Numbered from the stretch's first letter, positions 40,902-55,100 are shown. The stretch: 64,000 nucleotides of DNA from Octopus bimaculoides (GCF_001194135.2 NC_068990.1:8249833-8313832); one strand, 5' to 3'. A program made the numbers and translations. Notes: generated by a model not told the origin, from the letters alone.

Positions 40902-41071
40902 TTTTTCTTTTTACTTTGTACTTGATTGTCTTTAGACTGCGGCCATGCTGGGGCACCGCCTTGAAGACACTTACTCTGTCAGTGTCCATTTGTCGAACTT
41001 TTAAGGTACGGAGACGTAAACACACCTGCAGCGGTTGTCGAAAGGTGGGCGGACACAAACACAGATGCAAA

Positions 41072-41134
<63 letters not shown>

Positions 41135-41351
41135 ACACACACACACATTCACACGCATATATATATATACACACACACATATATATATACGACAGTTTCT
41201 TCCAGTTTCCATCTACCAAGTCTACACACAAAGCATGGTGGGCTCACGGGTATGGTAGATAACACTTTCTTAAGATGCCACGCAGTGAGACTGAGCCCGG
41301 AACCATGACTTTGGGAAGAAGATTTCTTACTAAACAGCAACACCTGCTCCT
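40902..41351 (-). mobile_element. tRNA-derived SINE with an internal (TA)n(TG)n microsatellite
   Basis: Minus-strand head GGAGCAGGTGTTGCTGTTTAGTAAG...GGTTCCGGGCTCAGTCTCACTGCGTGGCA, body, microsatellite at 41073-41188, then 3' body ...CCCCAGCATGGCCGCAGTC and an A-rich end. Confidence 0.85.
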
Positions 41352-44300
41352 GTGATATAATAACATATCTAATAGTATTTAAGAACAGCAACATTTTTTC
41401 AAACATTTTGCAGCGTAGGGAAGATTCCAAATAATCGAAGCTAATTTGACTACAAAACATTTAGTAATAAGGATTATAGAATAAATAAATGCCATTGTTT
41501 GTGTATATATATGTATTTCTACGTGATAGTAAAGATTTTAACGACATTTTATTTCTCTATATTTCAATCTTGCATTGATTTTATGCACGTCGTATTCAAT
41601 TAAAACCATTTATTCGTTCTATCGTGCTAAATTATAACCTATTTCATGCAAATTTCTCTTACGCATTTTAATTCGTTCTGAAAGATTTCTGAAATAATTA
41701 AAGTGGCGTCGAAAAATTTGCGGTATCTTTACTGATGTATCATACAACGGAGCGAAAGCATATCTTATTTCTAGAAAATATGAACTAGTTTAGATATAAC
41801 ACACACGTACATACAACAACACCGACTGGATGGCGAAGTCTGGAGTAGCATTTTCCACCGTTATTTTTAGTAACTGGAATTATATCCAGCTTAACATCAA
41901 CAACAACAACAACATCTGTAAAGTTATCCTTTACCGTGTATTGCCGTGAACCAGTTATTATTCATATTTGCTAAGAAAAGTTTTGTCATCATTTCTAAGA
42001 TGTTTACGCTAAGCCAGATGATACGCGTACGCTTAGAACTGGTCAAACAATATATGTTCATTAACATTTCGGTTTCTGACGTTCTGTAACACAAGGTGTG
42101 ACAATTTGAAACCTCGTGCGTTAAACCCCCTTTCTTTTCTTAAAGTTTCTGTGAAATATTATTCGATTGAAGCAAATAGGTTTTTTTGTTTTTTTTTTGA
42201 CGACAGTTTCTGAAAGTGACATTCTGAGAGGAGCAGTACAAGTTCTGTTAATGTCGCATGGGTCTCTATTTGACAGTTTAGATTGATAAACATTAGTGGT
42301 GACTACGCCTAAAGTGGCGCCTTATGCGATATGAATATTGAATGTTAGCTGAGAAGTATATTGATTTTAAATCTATTGAAAACTCTATTTTTGGTGTGCC
42401 AAATAACGACTTAGTTGTAAAAATTAAGCCATTTGTTGATGACTTTATTTATTACGAGCTATAATGATTACGATCAACATTGTATACCACTTCATATTCC
42501 AACTGCTACATATTTTTATGATAATGTGAAGAGAGAAGTAAATGACAGCTAATATTTGTATTAACACTGAATTCCAATTTACATAATGTGCTATCGGTAC
42601 ACATTTCTCGAGATATACGGTATTCTTCACAAAAAATTGTATATAGTTGAGTATAAACTAGACGTGGGATTGAAATACATCCGTTCTACAAATACAGTAG
42701 TTTATCTCCAAATGAGAGTTCAGGAGAGAACAATTTCTTACCTGTAAACCAATGCATTATAGAGAAGCAGGTGAAAATACTGATCTGGATCAGATATATA
42801 TATATTCAGCATACACGGTAAAGACCTACAGACTATTCCATTGAATCATTGGCTTGAGATACTGATCGAATGCTATTTTAGCCTTGAACACGTGCACATA
42901 TACATGCAAATGCATACCAGATATAGATGTACAGATACAACTGTACGAATATACGAGAAGGAATACAGCCTATCGAAGGAGAGAAGTTAGAATACATGAA
43001 TATATTGAAGCATTACTGAAGCATGCAATAATCATTTGTAATAATGCAATATACTTATGTACAATACAGAGTAAACTTCTATTGGTCCGGAATCGAGTTC
43101 GCCGTTAATCCCGATTATCCAGCAATTTTATTTCTCCGTTCAATCTTTTCCTCAAAGGCTGTCACTAGCCACCGAAGTTACTCCTTAATGTATACCTTTA
43201 TTTTAAGAAGAACAAGCCCACCAAACAAAACATCCCATATATGTTTTTTTTTTTTTTTATAGGTTGTCAGTTCTTTAGTGAAAGTGTCTTCTATTTTAAT
43301 AATAACGACTTATTTGTGGAATGGTATTAAAAAAAGACTGCTGGCAAGCAAAAGCTGAGATAATACAGGTGGAAGGGATAAAAGGTGTATTGTGTGTAAA
43401 AATGAAAACTCTCTATGACATTAAGAAAGAGAAAGATATTTTAATTTAATTCATGGCTAAAAGAGGTGATGAGTAGCAAATTTGAAAAGAAGAAATTAGA
43501 AATTTTGGAACTACATGCTGTTTATATTTGCATGATTTAGGGGCGGACGATCCGAAAGTATGCTGGTTTCATGACCATTGATGATTAAAAGCTAACAGAT
43601 ATGTTCATCGCCTGAAAGAGCTTTTCTTTCATATTTTTAAATGTTTTATAAGTCTAAACTCTGACACGGCATACACCATACTTCCTTTCGCCAGAAAGGA
43701 ACACGGTAAATGCTTAGATATCGGTAAAATATATTTACACACGTGATGACCTGCTTCAAAGTCATAAATNNNNNNNNNNNNNNNNNNNNNNNNNNNNNNN
43801 NNNNNNNNNNNNNNNNNNNNNNNNNNNNNNNNNNNNNNNNNNNNNNNNNNNNNNNNNNNNNNNNNNNNNNNNNNNNNNNNNNNNTATATATATATATATA
43901 TATACAGTGTACGTGTGTTTATACACACACGCGCGCGTAAACACACATACACGCACACACACACACACACACACACACCCCTCCACACACACACACACAT
44001 ATATATATATGCCTAAATAATCGACAGAAAGTGGTACTAAACACATTTTAATATTCTTCTTATAGAGTTTAATTCAGCTCATTATGGCTCGAAGTCTTTC
44101 ATGGTGAATAGAATAAACCCATCTCATCAGATATTGCAAAAAATTATAACAAATTTCAGAAAAGCTCGAGACGGCTTCTAGATGTTTAAATAAATTTATC
44201 AGCTGAGGTCATTTTGTTTCTTCTGCTGCGTACGTTCTCAGACAGTGTGAGCAGGCAGTTGTCGCCACTTTAGTGGCAGACTGTGGTGTACTGCACAACT

Positions 44301-45959
44301 ACCTCATTTCATTGCATTTGAAACATTATACGGTCGGGTGGGGTAATGTCGCGGGTAAATAGCTCAGCCGTCATTCAGTGGGAGTGTTAGCTCATTAACG
44401 GCTGCATATCTTCAATTACACTGTTTTCCTTCAAAACTATTTTCCTTAATGTTGAGCATTTTCTGGGGTTGCTCATGTAATTTTATACTTGGAGTCAATG
44501 CGAGGTAAAATAGTTTGATATATTACGGTTAAAATCTATATTAGTAACACCGAGTGAAAGGCAAACAGAATTGTCAGAGAAAAAAAATGAAAACAACCAT
44601 TTCTTGGTGATTTTGCACAAAGAACACATTTTTTTCAAGCAGCTGTATGCATATTCGAAACGACATGGAATCATGGGAACTGCAAAGAACATATGAAGCT
44701 TATTGGACAGACTCAGAGAAGCTTTCGTATGAGATGCGTTTCCATTGTCGGCGTAACTATAGTTATGTGTTTTATTCAAATATTCTGCAAATAAATATAG
44801 GAAAAGCTTATGCATTACATACGTGATGGTAAAAATGCCGCATATCGGTAGTTATTTGCATCAACCATTACTCATCATATAGAGAAGCTAAAATAATGCT
44901 CGTAAAGGAATCAATTGTAGCATTAAATTGTAGCATTATGCACCTTTTGAGCGCGTTGCTGATGGGAGAATATCCAAGGTTTGTCAAAATCAATTATCTG
45001 CCTGTTTGATAGCTATTTCCTTTGGGAATGTCTAGAACTGGATAAGCGAAGTAAAAGAGGCCCCATGGGAGAGATAAATAGAGATCATTTGTGAGGCGGA
45101 ACTTTAGACATTGGGAATTGCTAAATTCGTTCGATAGTATCAGTTAGAGTTTAAAAAATACGTTCTAGATTGTATAGGTAATCTATTCAAGATTGAATTG
45201 CTGTAAAGCTATTGAATATTTATTGCCTATAAGGTGTTGTAATATTTTACATATCGGTAAATGTTGTATATCGTATCAGAAAGATTTGGAAGGGAGACAT
45301 GAAAATAGTTAATGATGCAGTAAAATTGAGAAAAGTATATATGTCAATAAAAGCCGATCACTTCAGCTTGTAATTTTAATAGAGCATTTGACAAATTCAA
45401 GACGTAAATGTGGTTTGTGTACAGGCACCCATTCTGAATCAATACGAATACATTTGTATATCAGACGTTTCTAGTATTCATTATCATTATGTTGTGTGTT
45501 ATATATTTTCATAGAATACCCTGAAATTTGAGCTGCAAAATAAACTGAAAAACGTTCTAATTTAGCCTTTAAATTGAGAATCTACTTGGTGCTATAGTAC
45601 ATTAGGTTATGAAAAGAACACAGAATTCTCGAAGTGGCTTTTCTTTTAAGTGACATTTAACAAATATATTAAATGATCAATTTTTCTTTTGTGTACTTAC
45701 AACTGGTTAAATGTTGAATCTTGTTCTCCGTGAATAAATAGCGCGCTGAAATTAAGTAACCTTTTACTGGTAAAGTTCAGGTGTGTCTTTCTAATATATG
45801 CACAAATCTATACATGCATTCATACACGCACGCACATGTATATAGATATATATATAAGGACTAATATGTAAAACCTGTGTTTATCTTAATTTTTTCAATT
45901 GCGCATATATATTAATTATTTTTTAATAAGTCTGCTGGCTATTTGCGACATCAGTGCCT

Positions 45960-46110
45960 GAAGTAACTGAAATTTTATCTAACGTGGACGACGGGATGCG
46001 GCTGTTATCTCGTATCCCGAGGGGCTCAAATCACGTGACCTGACACTACCGGATCCCGTAACGGACGAGTCTGCGAACACTATAAATATGAGTGCTATTG
46101 TGACTCATGC
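45960..46110 (+). promoter_or_regulatory. Candidate promoter/enhancer: CpG-rich patch with E-box, TATA box and AP-1 site
   Basis: TCACGTGAC 46031-46039, TATAAAT 46081-46087 and TGACTCA 46101-46107 inside a locally CpG-dense segment. Motif co-occurrence only; no transcript evidence. Confidence 0.35.
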
Positions 46111-46350
46111 ATCCATGTAAGAGGTCCTCTTTGGATAAATAACGCAGCATGTGGTGTTCTAACGCAACATTCACGTTGAGATGGATATAAAGATTATCCT
46201 TTGGAATTAATACTGCTCATCTTGTAATTATTAAGCACACACACACACAAACGCGCACTCACACACACGCACCACACACACATATATAGTGAGAGCGAGA
46301 AAAGGAGTCAGAGAGAGAGAGATACACATATACATACATATGTACGTACG

Positions 46351-46398
<48 letters not shown>

Positions 46399-46479
46399 CG
46401 TGTGTATATATACACACATATATATATAGAGAAGAGGAGAGAGAGAGAGAGAGATACACATATATATATGCTTGCATGC

Positions 46480-46571
46480 ATACATGCATACATACATACA
46501 TACATGCATACATACATACATACATACATACAAACATACATACATACATACATACATACATACATACATAC
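46480..46571. repeat. (CATA)n microsatellite with no adjacent element (apparently empty site)
   Basis: Direct inspection. Confidence 0.95.
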
Positions 46572-48109
46572 CTACATAGGTGTATGTATATAGCTGTGTT
46601 TGTGCATGTACATCTCAGTAATTTTAACGGATAAAATCCAGGATTACATGAAGAAAATAACTTTGAGAAATTGAGGCACACTTCATTCAATATGCCTCTT
46701 TTGCTTCATCAATATTATCAAATACATCCTATTAGAATTTCTGAAGATTTTATTATTCCGTGTCTATTAAACAGATATTAATGTTCTGATATAATCGTGA
46801 GCAACTCCAGTAGCAGTACTCGATAATACGTTCATGTAATAGCAATAACATTTTCGAAACTTTTAAGCTCACCAATGGAAAGAATTTGTTTGCATTACTT
46901 GCTTTTTTTTGTTTGTGTGTGTAACACCACATATGATGATGTGATTAACACAACACAAGTTCTGATCAACTAAATGCATATAATGTTGATTATCAACATT
47001 TCCGAATAGGAAATTAAAGTTATAATTTTTCCTATTTTGATTCACTCCGTATTTTTATTTTTTAATTTTTCATTCCCATGATATCCATCTTCAGTAGCAA
47101 TTACTTTCCTTCTGTTTCACATTTTTATGGAATTTACTCACTACAGTAAATTACACACCTTTCCATTATTTGCTAAAAAAAAATTATGCAAGATTAAGGT
47201 CAACCTATTCATTAATACACCTTCCTTAAATTTCATGTCACTACATGATTTTAATTTCCCTTTTATGTGTGTTTGTTCATTTTATAATAAAAGACTTACA
47301 CCGAACACTACTTGAACTCTACTTGATTCCATTAGCTGACTCTTTGTACCACTACCCATTGCAATTGTTTTATAGTCCTTCATTAAACACTAATTGCATG
47401 TAATCCTTCATTGTTTTCTTCTGAAATAATACGAAAAATCGAAATTGCCATTGAATTTATGACATGAACCTGGCTTATTCGCCCGTCTATTAGAATAAAT
47501 CGCAAATCAGTAATTTGTAACCAAATTGATTTTATAAATATAAAATCTAATCGTTATTTGTTATTGGAACATAATTAAAAGGATATCTATAATTTACAAT
47601 TTCATTTGTCTCCCATAATTAATAATTTAATTATAATGTTCAAAATTAAGTCTGCAGTATGTCATAAATGTATTAATAATCGCAAAAACATCTTGGTCGA
47701 TAATGAACTGGAGAATCAGCTGAAAGCGCAACGGTCCGTAGTTACACAAACCTCTTGTACTTATGAACAATAGAGGTGGCCCAAAAACTCTGAGTGAGAT
47801 TCGTTACATGGAGGTACCTACAAGCAGAATCATTCATCGCTAAAAGAAATTGGACCCTAGAACTGACCACTGATTTCTGTATTGTTAGCGAGCTGGCCTT
47901 GAATTTAATTTTCGTCACTCAGGCAAGTTTCCTTTTGAGAATGGAAATCTGCTTTCTAACATTTTACAGATATGTAAATGTTATGGACATAAAATAATAA
48001 ATCTTACTTAAATAACGGATGTGTTGAGAAACAGAATTCTATTCTCAGAATGATTCCATTGCGTATATTTGCCAGTGATGAAGTTGATGTGAGCCCCTGT
48101 AGCAGTATC

Positions 48110-48185
48110 TCGCTTTTTATGTTCAAAACCTGCCAAAGATGACTTTGCCTTTCGTGTTTCAGTGGTCGATAAATGAAGTAAGAAC
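48110..48185 (+). mobile_element. Short decayed SINE fragment (24280-24935 family)
   Basis: GTTCAAAACCTGCCAAAGATGACTTTGCCTTTCGTGTTTCAGTGGTCGATAAATGAAGTA. Confidence 0.6.
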
Positions 48186-49116
48186 GTAGGATGATAGATT
48201 AGATGCAATTTCTCAGTTGGAACATTGGATGTTATTTATTGCGGTATGTCTCGCTTCACTGCTTTCTAACTTCAAATTTGATCTATTTGATAATCATTTG
48301 ACCCCCATAGCAGATTGACCTCTGTTGCAAAAGTCCGTGCCTGGTCTTTGGTTTAAGGATACATTCTTCTCTCTCTCTCATCAGTCACGAACGTCGTCTA
48401 AGGTGGTGTGACTAATGCATTTCATTGTGAATAATCAATAAAAAAGAATGGTATTGACTGGCATTTTATGTCAAGACATTTGCATTATAAAGAACCAATT
48501 ATGTATGTCTTCAGAAAAGTGAAGGTATACTTAATTATATCGTTGCAATATATTTCTGAAAACTGCAAAGCTAAGTCTGTTGTGATGACCTGAGGGAAAT
48601 TTCTGAATACAAAACTTAAGCCCATGTGATATTAAGCAAGTTAACCATTCTAGCCAAGGTTAAGTTCTAGATACTGAAAATATATAAACTATTAATTCAC
48701 TTCATATAAATATCTGCTCATTAATGTAAGTGGGTCCTTCCGATATAGTGGAGGCTGAGATTTCAGAACAAATTCAAAATATTGTGTTCTTTGGGATTGC
48801 ATATCAAACATATTAAAAATGCAAGACAACAGTAATATAACGTTTAGACAATAAAGAATAGTTCGTTATTTATACATTCTATCATAATCCATCTATAATA
48901 CTTTTTCCTCTGATCATTCTTTTTCATACGAGACAAAAGTTTCTTTTATTGATGCACGAGTAGATAAATGTCAGTTTCTCATCCTTTCTCTCTCTTCTAC
49001 ACATTTTCTCTTTCTCTCTCTCTCCCTCTCTCAATACACTCCCGCAACCATTCTCAGAAATAAATGTGCACATATTATTCAGAAAGAACGCTGAGAGATA
49101 AAGAGAGCGAAAGCGG

Positions 49117-49169
<53 letters not shown>

Positions 49170-50154
49170 AGATTAATAGATAGGTACATACAACGTAAAT
49201 ATATTGACATTGAGAAATAGAGAATACTTAGTCCTAGACATCAATAATCGTGAAGCTAGTTTGACTGACTTCGTGAGATAATCAATTCCTACCAGCCTAG
49301 TAAATACGTCTACCGTGTAGCGGAAGTGCACAGAGGATTGTTATTACAAGAGAATTTGTAAACATAACTAATATCAACATTGGCATTGTTTAACGGTTTA
49401 TATAGAAAATAGTACATTGATTTCTAGGTAAATTTCTACATAGGTTTATTGTTGTTACTTTGAAAAATAGTTCGTTCTTTACAATAATGATGACACAAGA
49501 AGTGAAAAATGAAGATAGGGAAAAAACGACAATTCTTTCTTTGCAATTCGGCATAACGTAGCAGGGGAAATTCACGCATCTTATTGATTACATAGTTAGG
49601 CACAGAGTTGTAGCTACTTTAATAGAGTAGCAATTCTTCCTTGACATTTAAGTCTCAGTGTTGTATAGATTATAATTAATTTTACAAATAAACTTATGAT
49701 TCAGAACCGAAACTAGAGCATATATTCGTCCTAGGAGGCTTACAGCTATACCGCGTTTCTTGTTCACAGACATACACAAACAAATGTTTATATACGTATG
49801 TATATACACAAATGTATACATACACAGGCACACACATGTACATGCCTAAATACACACATACACACACTCACGAACACATGTATATGGAGATATATAATGG
49901 AGATATATATGTATAAGCCTGTTTTGTGTGTGTAATGTGCGTGTAGTTAAGCTGGTCCCTTGAGTTTGCTCTGCGTGCAGCCGCTTCTTCAGATACGTTG
50001 AGCGAAGACAAGAAAAAAAAAACCTGACATCTAACCAATTGAGGAAAAAGTACGGAATTAATGTGGATGGTATCAGTGATAGTAGCAACAATGAAAATAA
50101 TTTCAATAATTACGTTGAAAACGAGCGATACTGAAGATATATATATATATATAT

Positions 50155-51817
50155 GTAACCGGACCATCAGGTGTTGTTATAAACCGCTGGTCACAATGTA
50201 CTGCTAGGTGTGTCTTGTTTGCACCATGCTCTTTCATCTTAACCTCAATTTCTTGATTATGTCGTCTTCTCATCATCGTAGAGTCCTTCTAAGTGGCCTT
50301 TTACCAGTCTTTTGGATAACACTCGGCATTAGCACGGGCCCACCTGTTCTCTGTGAAATATGGAGCATGACCGGAAGTATACTACAGAAACGGAAAATGA
50401 CAAAGGCGAACATAAGAGAAAACCGTCAGCATTCCGTTCTCTGCAAAGGAATCAGACAACAACTAAAATATAAATTTTAAAATGATAGACTGAAGCAATT
50501 GATGCAGACTGCAGAGGAAAGGAAACATTATAAAAGATGCAGGCGAGGGATGACCCTCATTAAGAAAGAGGATGGGCTCACAATGACAAAGAGTAGATGG
50601 AGGAGGTAGGCAAAACCTTCTATAGCCACCATTTTAGATCAACAACGATGCTCGATCCGGCACGGCCATAAATTCTTCAAATTTTCCTATTAATAAAAAC
50701 AGACAATGCTCCTGGAAAAGATGACATCACAACTGAGATGTTAAGATGAGGAGGTGAAGAACTCCGCATCGTAATGATGACCTTCTTTCTACGCTTCAAT
50801 CTATGCTATCAAAAGGAATGTAAAGTACCCTCAATGTGGAAGGGTCAACAAACATCCTGTTTCATAAGAAGGGCAATAAATAAGATGTAAATCCTATCGC
50901 TGCATATGCCTCTTATCTCATTTCTATAAGCTGTTTATGAGTGTCACAGTTGGCAGACTATCGAAACAACTCGATGACCAAAAGCCGAGAGAACAAATCG
51001 GTTTCCGTAAGAACTATTGTACGATCGTGGAGGCGCAATGGCCCAGTGGTCAGGGCAGCGGACTCGCAGTCGTAGGATCACAATTTCGATTCTCAGACCG
51101 GGCGTTGTGAGTGTTTATTGAGCGAAAACACCTAAAGTTCAACGAGGCTCCGGTGGCGAACCCTGCTGTACTCTTTCACCACAGCTTTCTCTCACTTGTT
51201 CTTCCTGTTTCTGTTGTACCTGTATTTCAAAGGGCCAGCCTTGTCACAATCTGTGTCACACTAAATGTCCCTGAGGATTATGTACACGTATCTGTGGAGT
51301 GCTCAGCCAGTTGCATTTTAATTTCACGAGCAGGCTGTTCTGTTGATCGGATGAATTGGAAACCTCGTCGTCGTAACCGATGGAGTTCGCCGACGATTGT
51401 ACGATATATTACATAGTAACTCTGACATAGCGAGCGAACAACTACAAGCTTTTTCATCTTTTTTATTGATCATCAAAGGGCCTTTTAACACCATCGAGAT
51501 GAATGGAGTATTCAAATCTCTGAAAATGCAAGGTGTCGAGGCGCACTACATCAAACTGGTCAGACATGCGAGCTCTGGCTGCAGAACTGATATAGTCCTG
51601 CGACTATCACCAGTAAGGGTCCTAGTTGTGAAGTATGTCAAGTAAGAAGATACCTCTCTTCAAGAAGATCAACTGGTGAGATTGTGTGTACATCAATATC
51701 AAGCAACAAACGACCTTCGCTTCGCACCAGATATTGTACTCATCGCTGAAATCACATAAACGAGGCCTGATTAATAAGTACCAGGACTGTTGCCATTGTA
51801 ATGAAGCTAAATCATGT
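50155..51817. mobile_element. RTE-clade LINE with an internal inversion (3' end on minus strand, RT region on plus strand)
   Basis: Plus 50380-51817: APGKDDITTEML, ILFHKKG, CLLSHFYKLF, EQIGFRKNYCT, FIDHQRAFNTIE and LRFAPDIVLIAE (RT motifs to YADD). Minus 50380-50155: GHAPYFTENRWARANAECYPKDW-KRPLRR (cf. WAGH..DNRW..EWYP..KRP.GRP..RW), ending at a (TA)n tract. Confidence 0.85.
51026..51395 (+). mobile_element. Full-length tRNA-derived SINE inserted into the RTE RT domain
   Basis: A-box TGGCCCAGTGG 51039-51049, B-box-like TTTCGATTC 51084-51092, and a perfect 10-bp TSD ATTGTACGAT at 51016-51025 and 51396-51405. Confidence 0.92.
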
Positions 51818-52609
51818 ATAGTGAAGCTGGTTGGCAAAGAATGACATTCACCTTTGTATCATGGTCTGTCACAAAGTGCACACATAAGAAGTTCGTTATG
51901 ATTCACCATCTCCATCGTAACATTTTCTTTAAATCTCTCTTGAGTCTCGCACGCCCTTTCAAACGCTTTCACTCCATTCCGCACTTTTCTTCGCCATATA
52001 TATATATATANNNNNNNNNNNNNNNNNNNNNNNNNNNNNNNNNNNNNNNNNNNNNNNNNNNNNNNNNNNNNNNNNNNNNNNNNNNNNNNNNNNNNNNNNN
52101 NNNNNNNNNNNNNNNNNNNNNNNNNNNNNNNNNNNNNNNNNNNNNNNNNNNNNNNNNNNNNNNNNNNNNNNNNNNNNNNNNNNNNNNNNNNNNNNNNNNN
52201 NNNNNNNNNNNNNNNNNNNNNNNNNNNNNNNNNNNNNNNNNNNNNNNNNNNNNNNNNNNNNNNNNNNNNNNNNNNNNNNNNNNNNNNNNNNNNNNNNNNN
52301 NNNNNNNNNNNNNNNNNNNNNNNNNNNNNNNNNNNNNNNNNNNNNNNNNNNNNNNNNNNNNNNNNNNNNNNNNNNNNNNNNNNNNNNNNNNNNNNNNNNN
52401 NNNNNNNNNNNNNNNNNNNNNNNNNNNNNNNNNNNNNNNNNNNNNNNNNNNNNNNNNNNNNNNNNNNNNNNNNNNNNNNNNNNNNNNNNNNNNNNNNNNN
52501 NNNNNNNNNNNNNNNNNNNNNNNNNNNNNNNNNNNNNNNNNNNNNNNNNNNNNNNNNNNNNNNNNNNNNNNNNNNNNNNNNNNNNNNNNNNNNNNNNNNN
52601 NNNNNNNNN

Positions 52610-52860
52610 GAGTGGGAAGGTAGAGTAGGAGTGTGTTGGGGTGTGGTGGGATGAGCGTATGAGGGGGTGTTGACGATGAAGGGGGAAGGGGAAGGTGGAT
52701 GTAAGAGAGGGGGAAGATGGGTATGGGAGGGGAGAGGAAGAGAGGAGAGAGGGTGGGTATAAGAGAGGGAAGGTGGATTGAGAGAGGGGGAAGGTGGGTA
52801 TGGGGGGGAGAAAGAGAAGAAGAGAAATAGAGGAAGAGAAAGAGAGGAAGAGAAAGAGAT
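52610..52860 (+). repeat. G/A-rich low-complexity tract with many G3-G6 runs
   Basis: Direct inspection, e.g. GAAGGGGGAAGGGGAAGG and GGGTATGGGAGGGGAGAGG; adjacent to a gap. Confidence 0.85.
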
Positions 52861-53418
52861 AATTTGAAAGAGACAAGTTCCTAGGTTCAATAATACTCCT
52901 CATCAAAGCTGACACATATCTAAACACATAGGGCATATATAAACTCATTATAAGCATGCCAACACATAACATAAGAAAACACGTATAAACACGTAGTTCT
53001 GTAATTTCGAGCCCAAAGTCGGATAAGTAATAGCATAAATACATACAGATAAATTACGAAATCAAAGCTGATGATATAATAATTCACAATAATCTAAAAA
53101 GGGAAGTCCTCAAATGAATTTAATAAATAGAAAGAGTTTTATGGCCGTTTCCAGGAATGAGCGAATAAGTTTATGTGTAAGACCTTGTAAACTTCGGTAA
53201 TCCACATTTCATTCATCAGAGAATATGCACGGGCTTTGAGTTTATAAAGAAAATCATTAAATTATTCGTGGGATTGTAAAAAATAGGTTTAAGAATACAC
53301 AGTAAGTATATACAAGCATAAACAATTCATAGATTCCAGGATTTTGTGTCGTTGGGCGAATGTTCTTGGTGCAGAACTACTAAGCCTTGATTTGGGTACG
53401 GAATAACACTATCATACT

Positions 53419-53513
<95 letters not shown>

Positions 53514-54456
53514 TATGTGTTCGCATGCTTATAATCACTTATATATGCCCTCTGTGTTTAGACATGCGTCAGCTTTGATGAAGAGTATTATTGAACAGTG
53601 GAACTTGTCTCTTTCAAATTAATACTTTGATCTAATCGCTCAATAAATTGATCTCTACGCTGTTGTTTCTTGAAATGAATTCACCTCTATAAATTTTCAT
53701 TACGCACACACACACACATATGCATATATACATACACACATACAGACATAGGCACATACACACATATACATTAAGGTACATTAAGACAGTAAGCAGGAAC
53801 TAATTTAACGTCTCTCATTTCTATATAGCATTTTAAAACCAAGAGGTAATGTTCATCCTCATACTAAGAAAAGAGAAGATAATTTTTAAAAGTAATGTGA
53901 TAGAAAAGACCGGATGGTTGGTAGAAGGTAACAATTATGGATAAATCTATTGAACTCTATTGATAATTTGATAGATTTGATAAACGGAAACATAGACACC
54001 AAAAGATTTCTACGAATAATTAGCACAATTAAAACTTCATCGCACAAAGAGAAATTAACTCAACTCGGCAACATTTACGAATTTCAATTATTATGTTACA
54101 GTGCGATGTAATTAAAGCTGTCCCCAAGGGATTATCATTTAATTAAAATATTCCTCTGATTTCGGAATTATTTCTTAATCTTACATAAAAGAAATCGGGA
54201 ATGATTTCAAGCAATTCAGAAATTCTCAACCTAATTTCATTGAATTACAAGATCGTGTCTCTACGTGGGAGCTGCGTTTACAACCATACTTACACACACA
54301 CACCCACACACACACATTTACATATGCCGATGTTCGTATACATATATGCGTACGTATATATAATATATATGATATACATGTCTATTATATACATNNNNNN
54401 NNNNNNNNNNNNNNNNNNNNNNNNNNNNNNNNNNNNNNNNNNNNNNNNNNNNNNNN

Positions 54457-54492
<36 letters not shown>

Positions 54493-54993
54493 TCTGTGTT
54501 TTTGTGTGTGTGTTTGTGTGACCTATTATCAACTTTGCTCTCATCTGCCTGATTACAAAACGTTTGTATTTAGCATGAATTTATCTTGATTCACAATATA
54601 AGAGGCCGTGGTTTTCCGACAAGGCGAGTCATATTGCGACATAATCAAACGCATTTAATGCATAATTTATGTTATAGGCCATAGATTCATTCTATGCTAA
54701 CATATTCAGTTATAACGGACCTTTATATGTGTTTACATATATAGGTATGCAAACAACAATTCTATATACTCATGCATTTAGCATGTCATTAACTCAAAAC
54801 GTATGGCATATATATTTCCTCAACGTTTGTATAAATCTATCAAACTAATATATAATTATATAGCTCTATCTTTCAGCTGAACATAACCGCCTGTTATTCT
54901 GTGTCCAGAATAAATTCTCATTTATCAAACTCATCTGCTCCAACTAAAAGCTTCACGTGAACACTATACCGATATGAATGACTTTATACATGT

Positions 54994-55100
<107 letters not shown>

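Noticed and set aside
42737-42800. Minus-strand CAG|GTAAG donor at 42742
   Set aside because: About one such 8-mer per strand is expected by chance in 64 kb; no clear acceptor or ORF.
44263-44278. Palindrome GCCACT-TT-AGTGGC
   Set aside because: Short, single occurrence, expected by chance.
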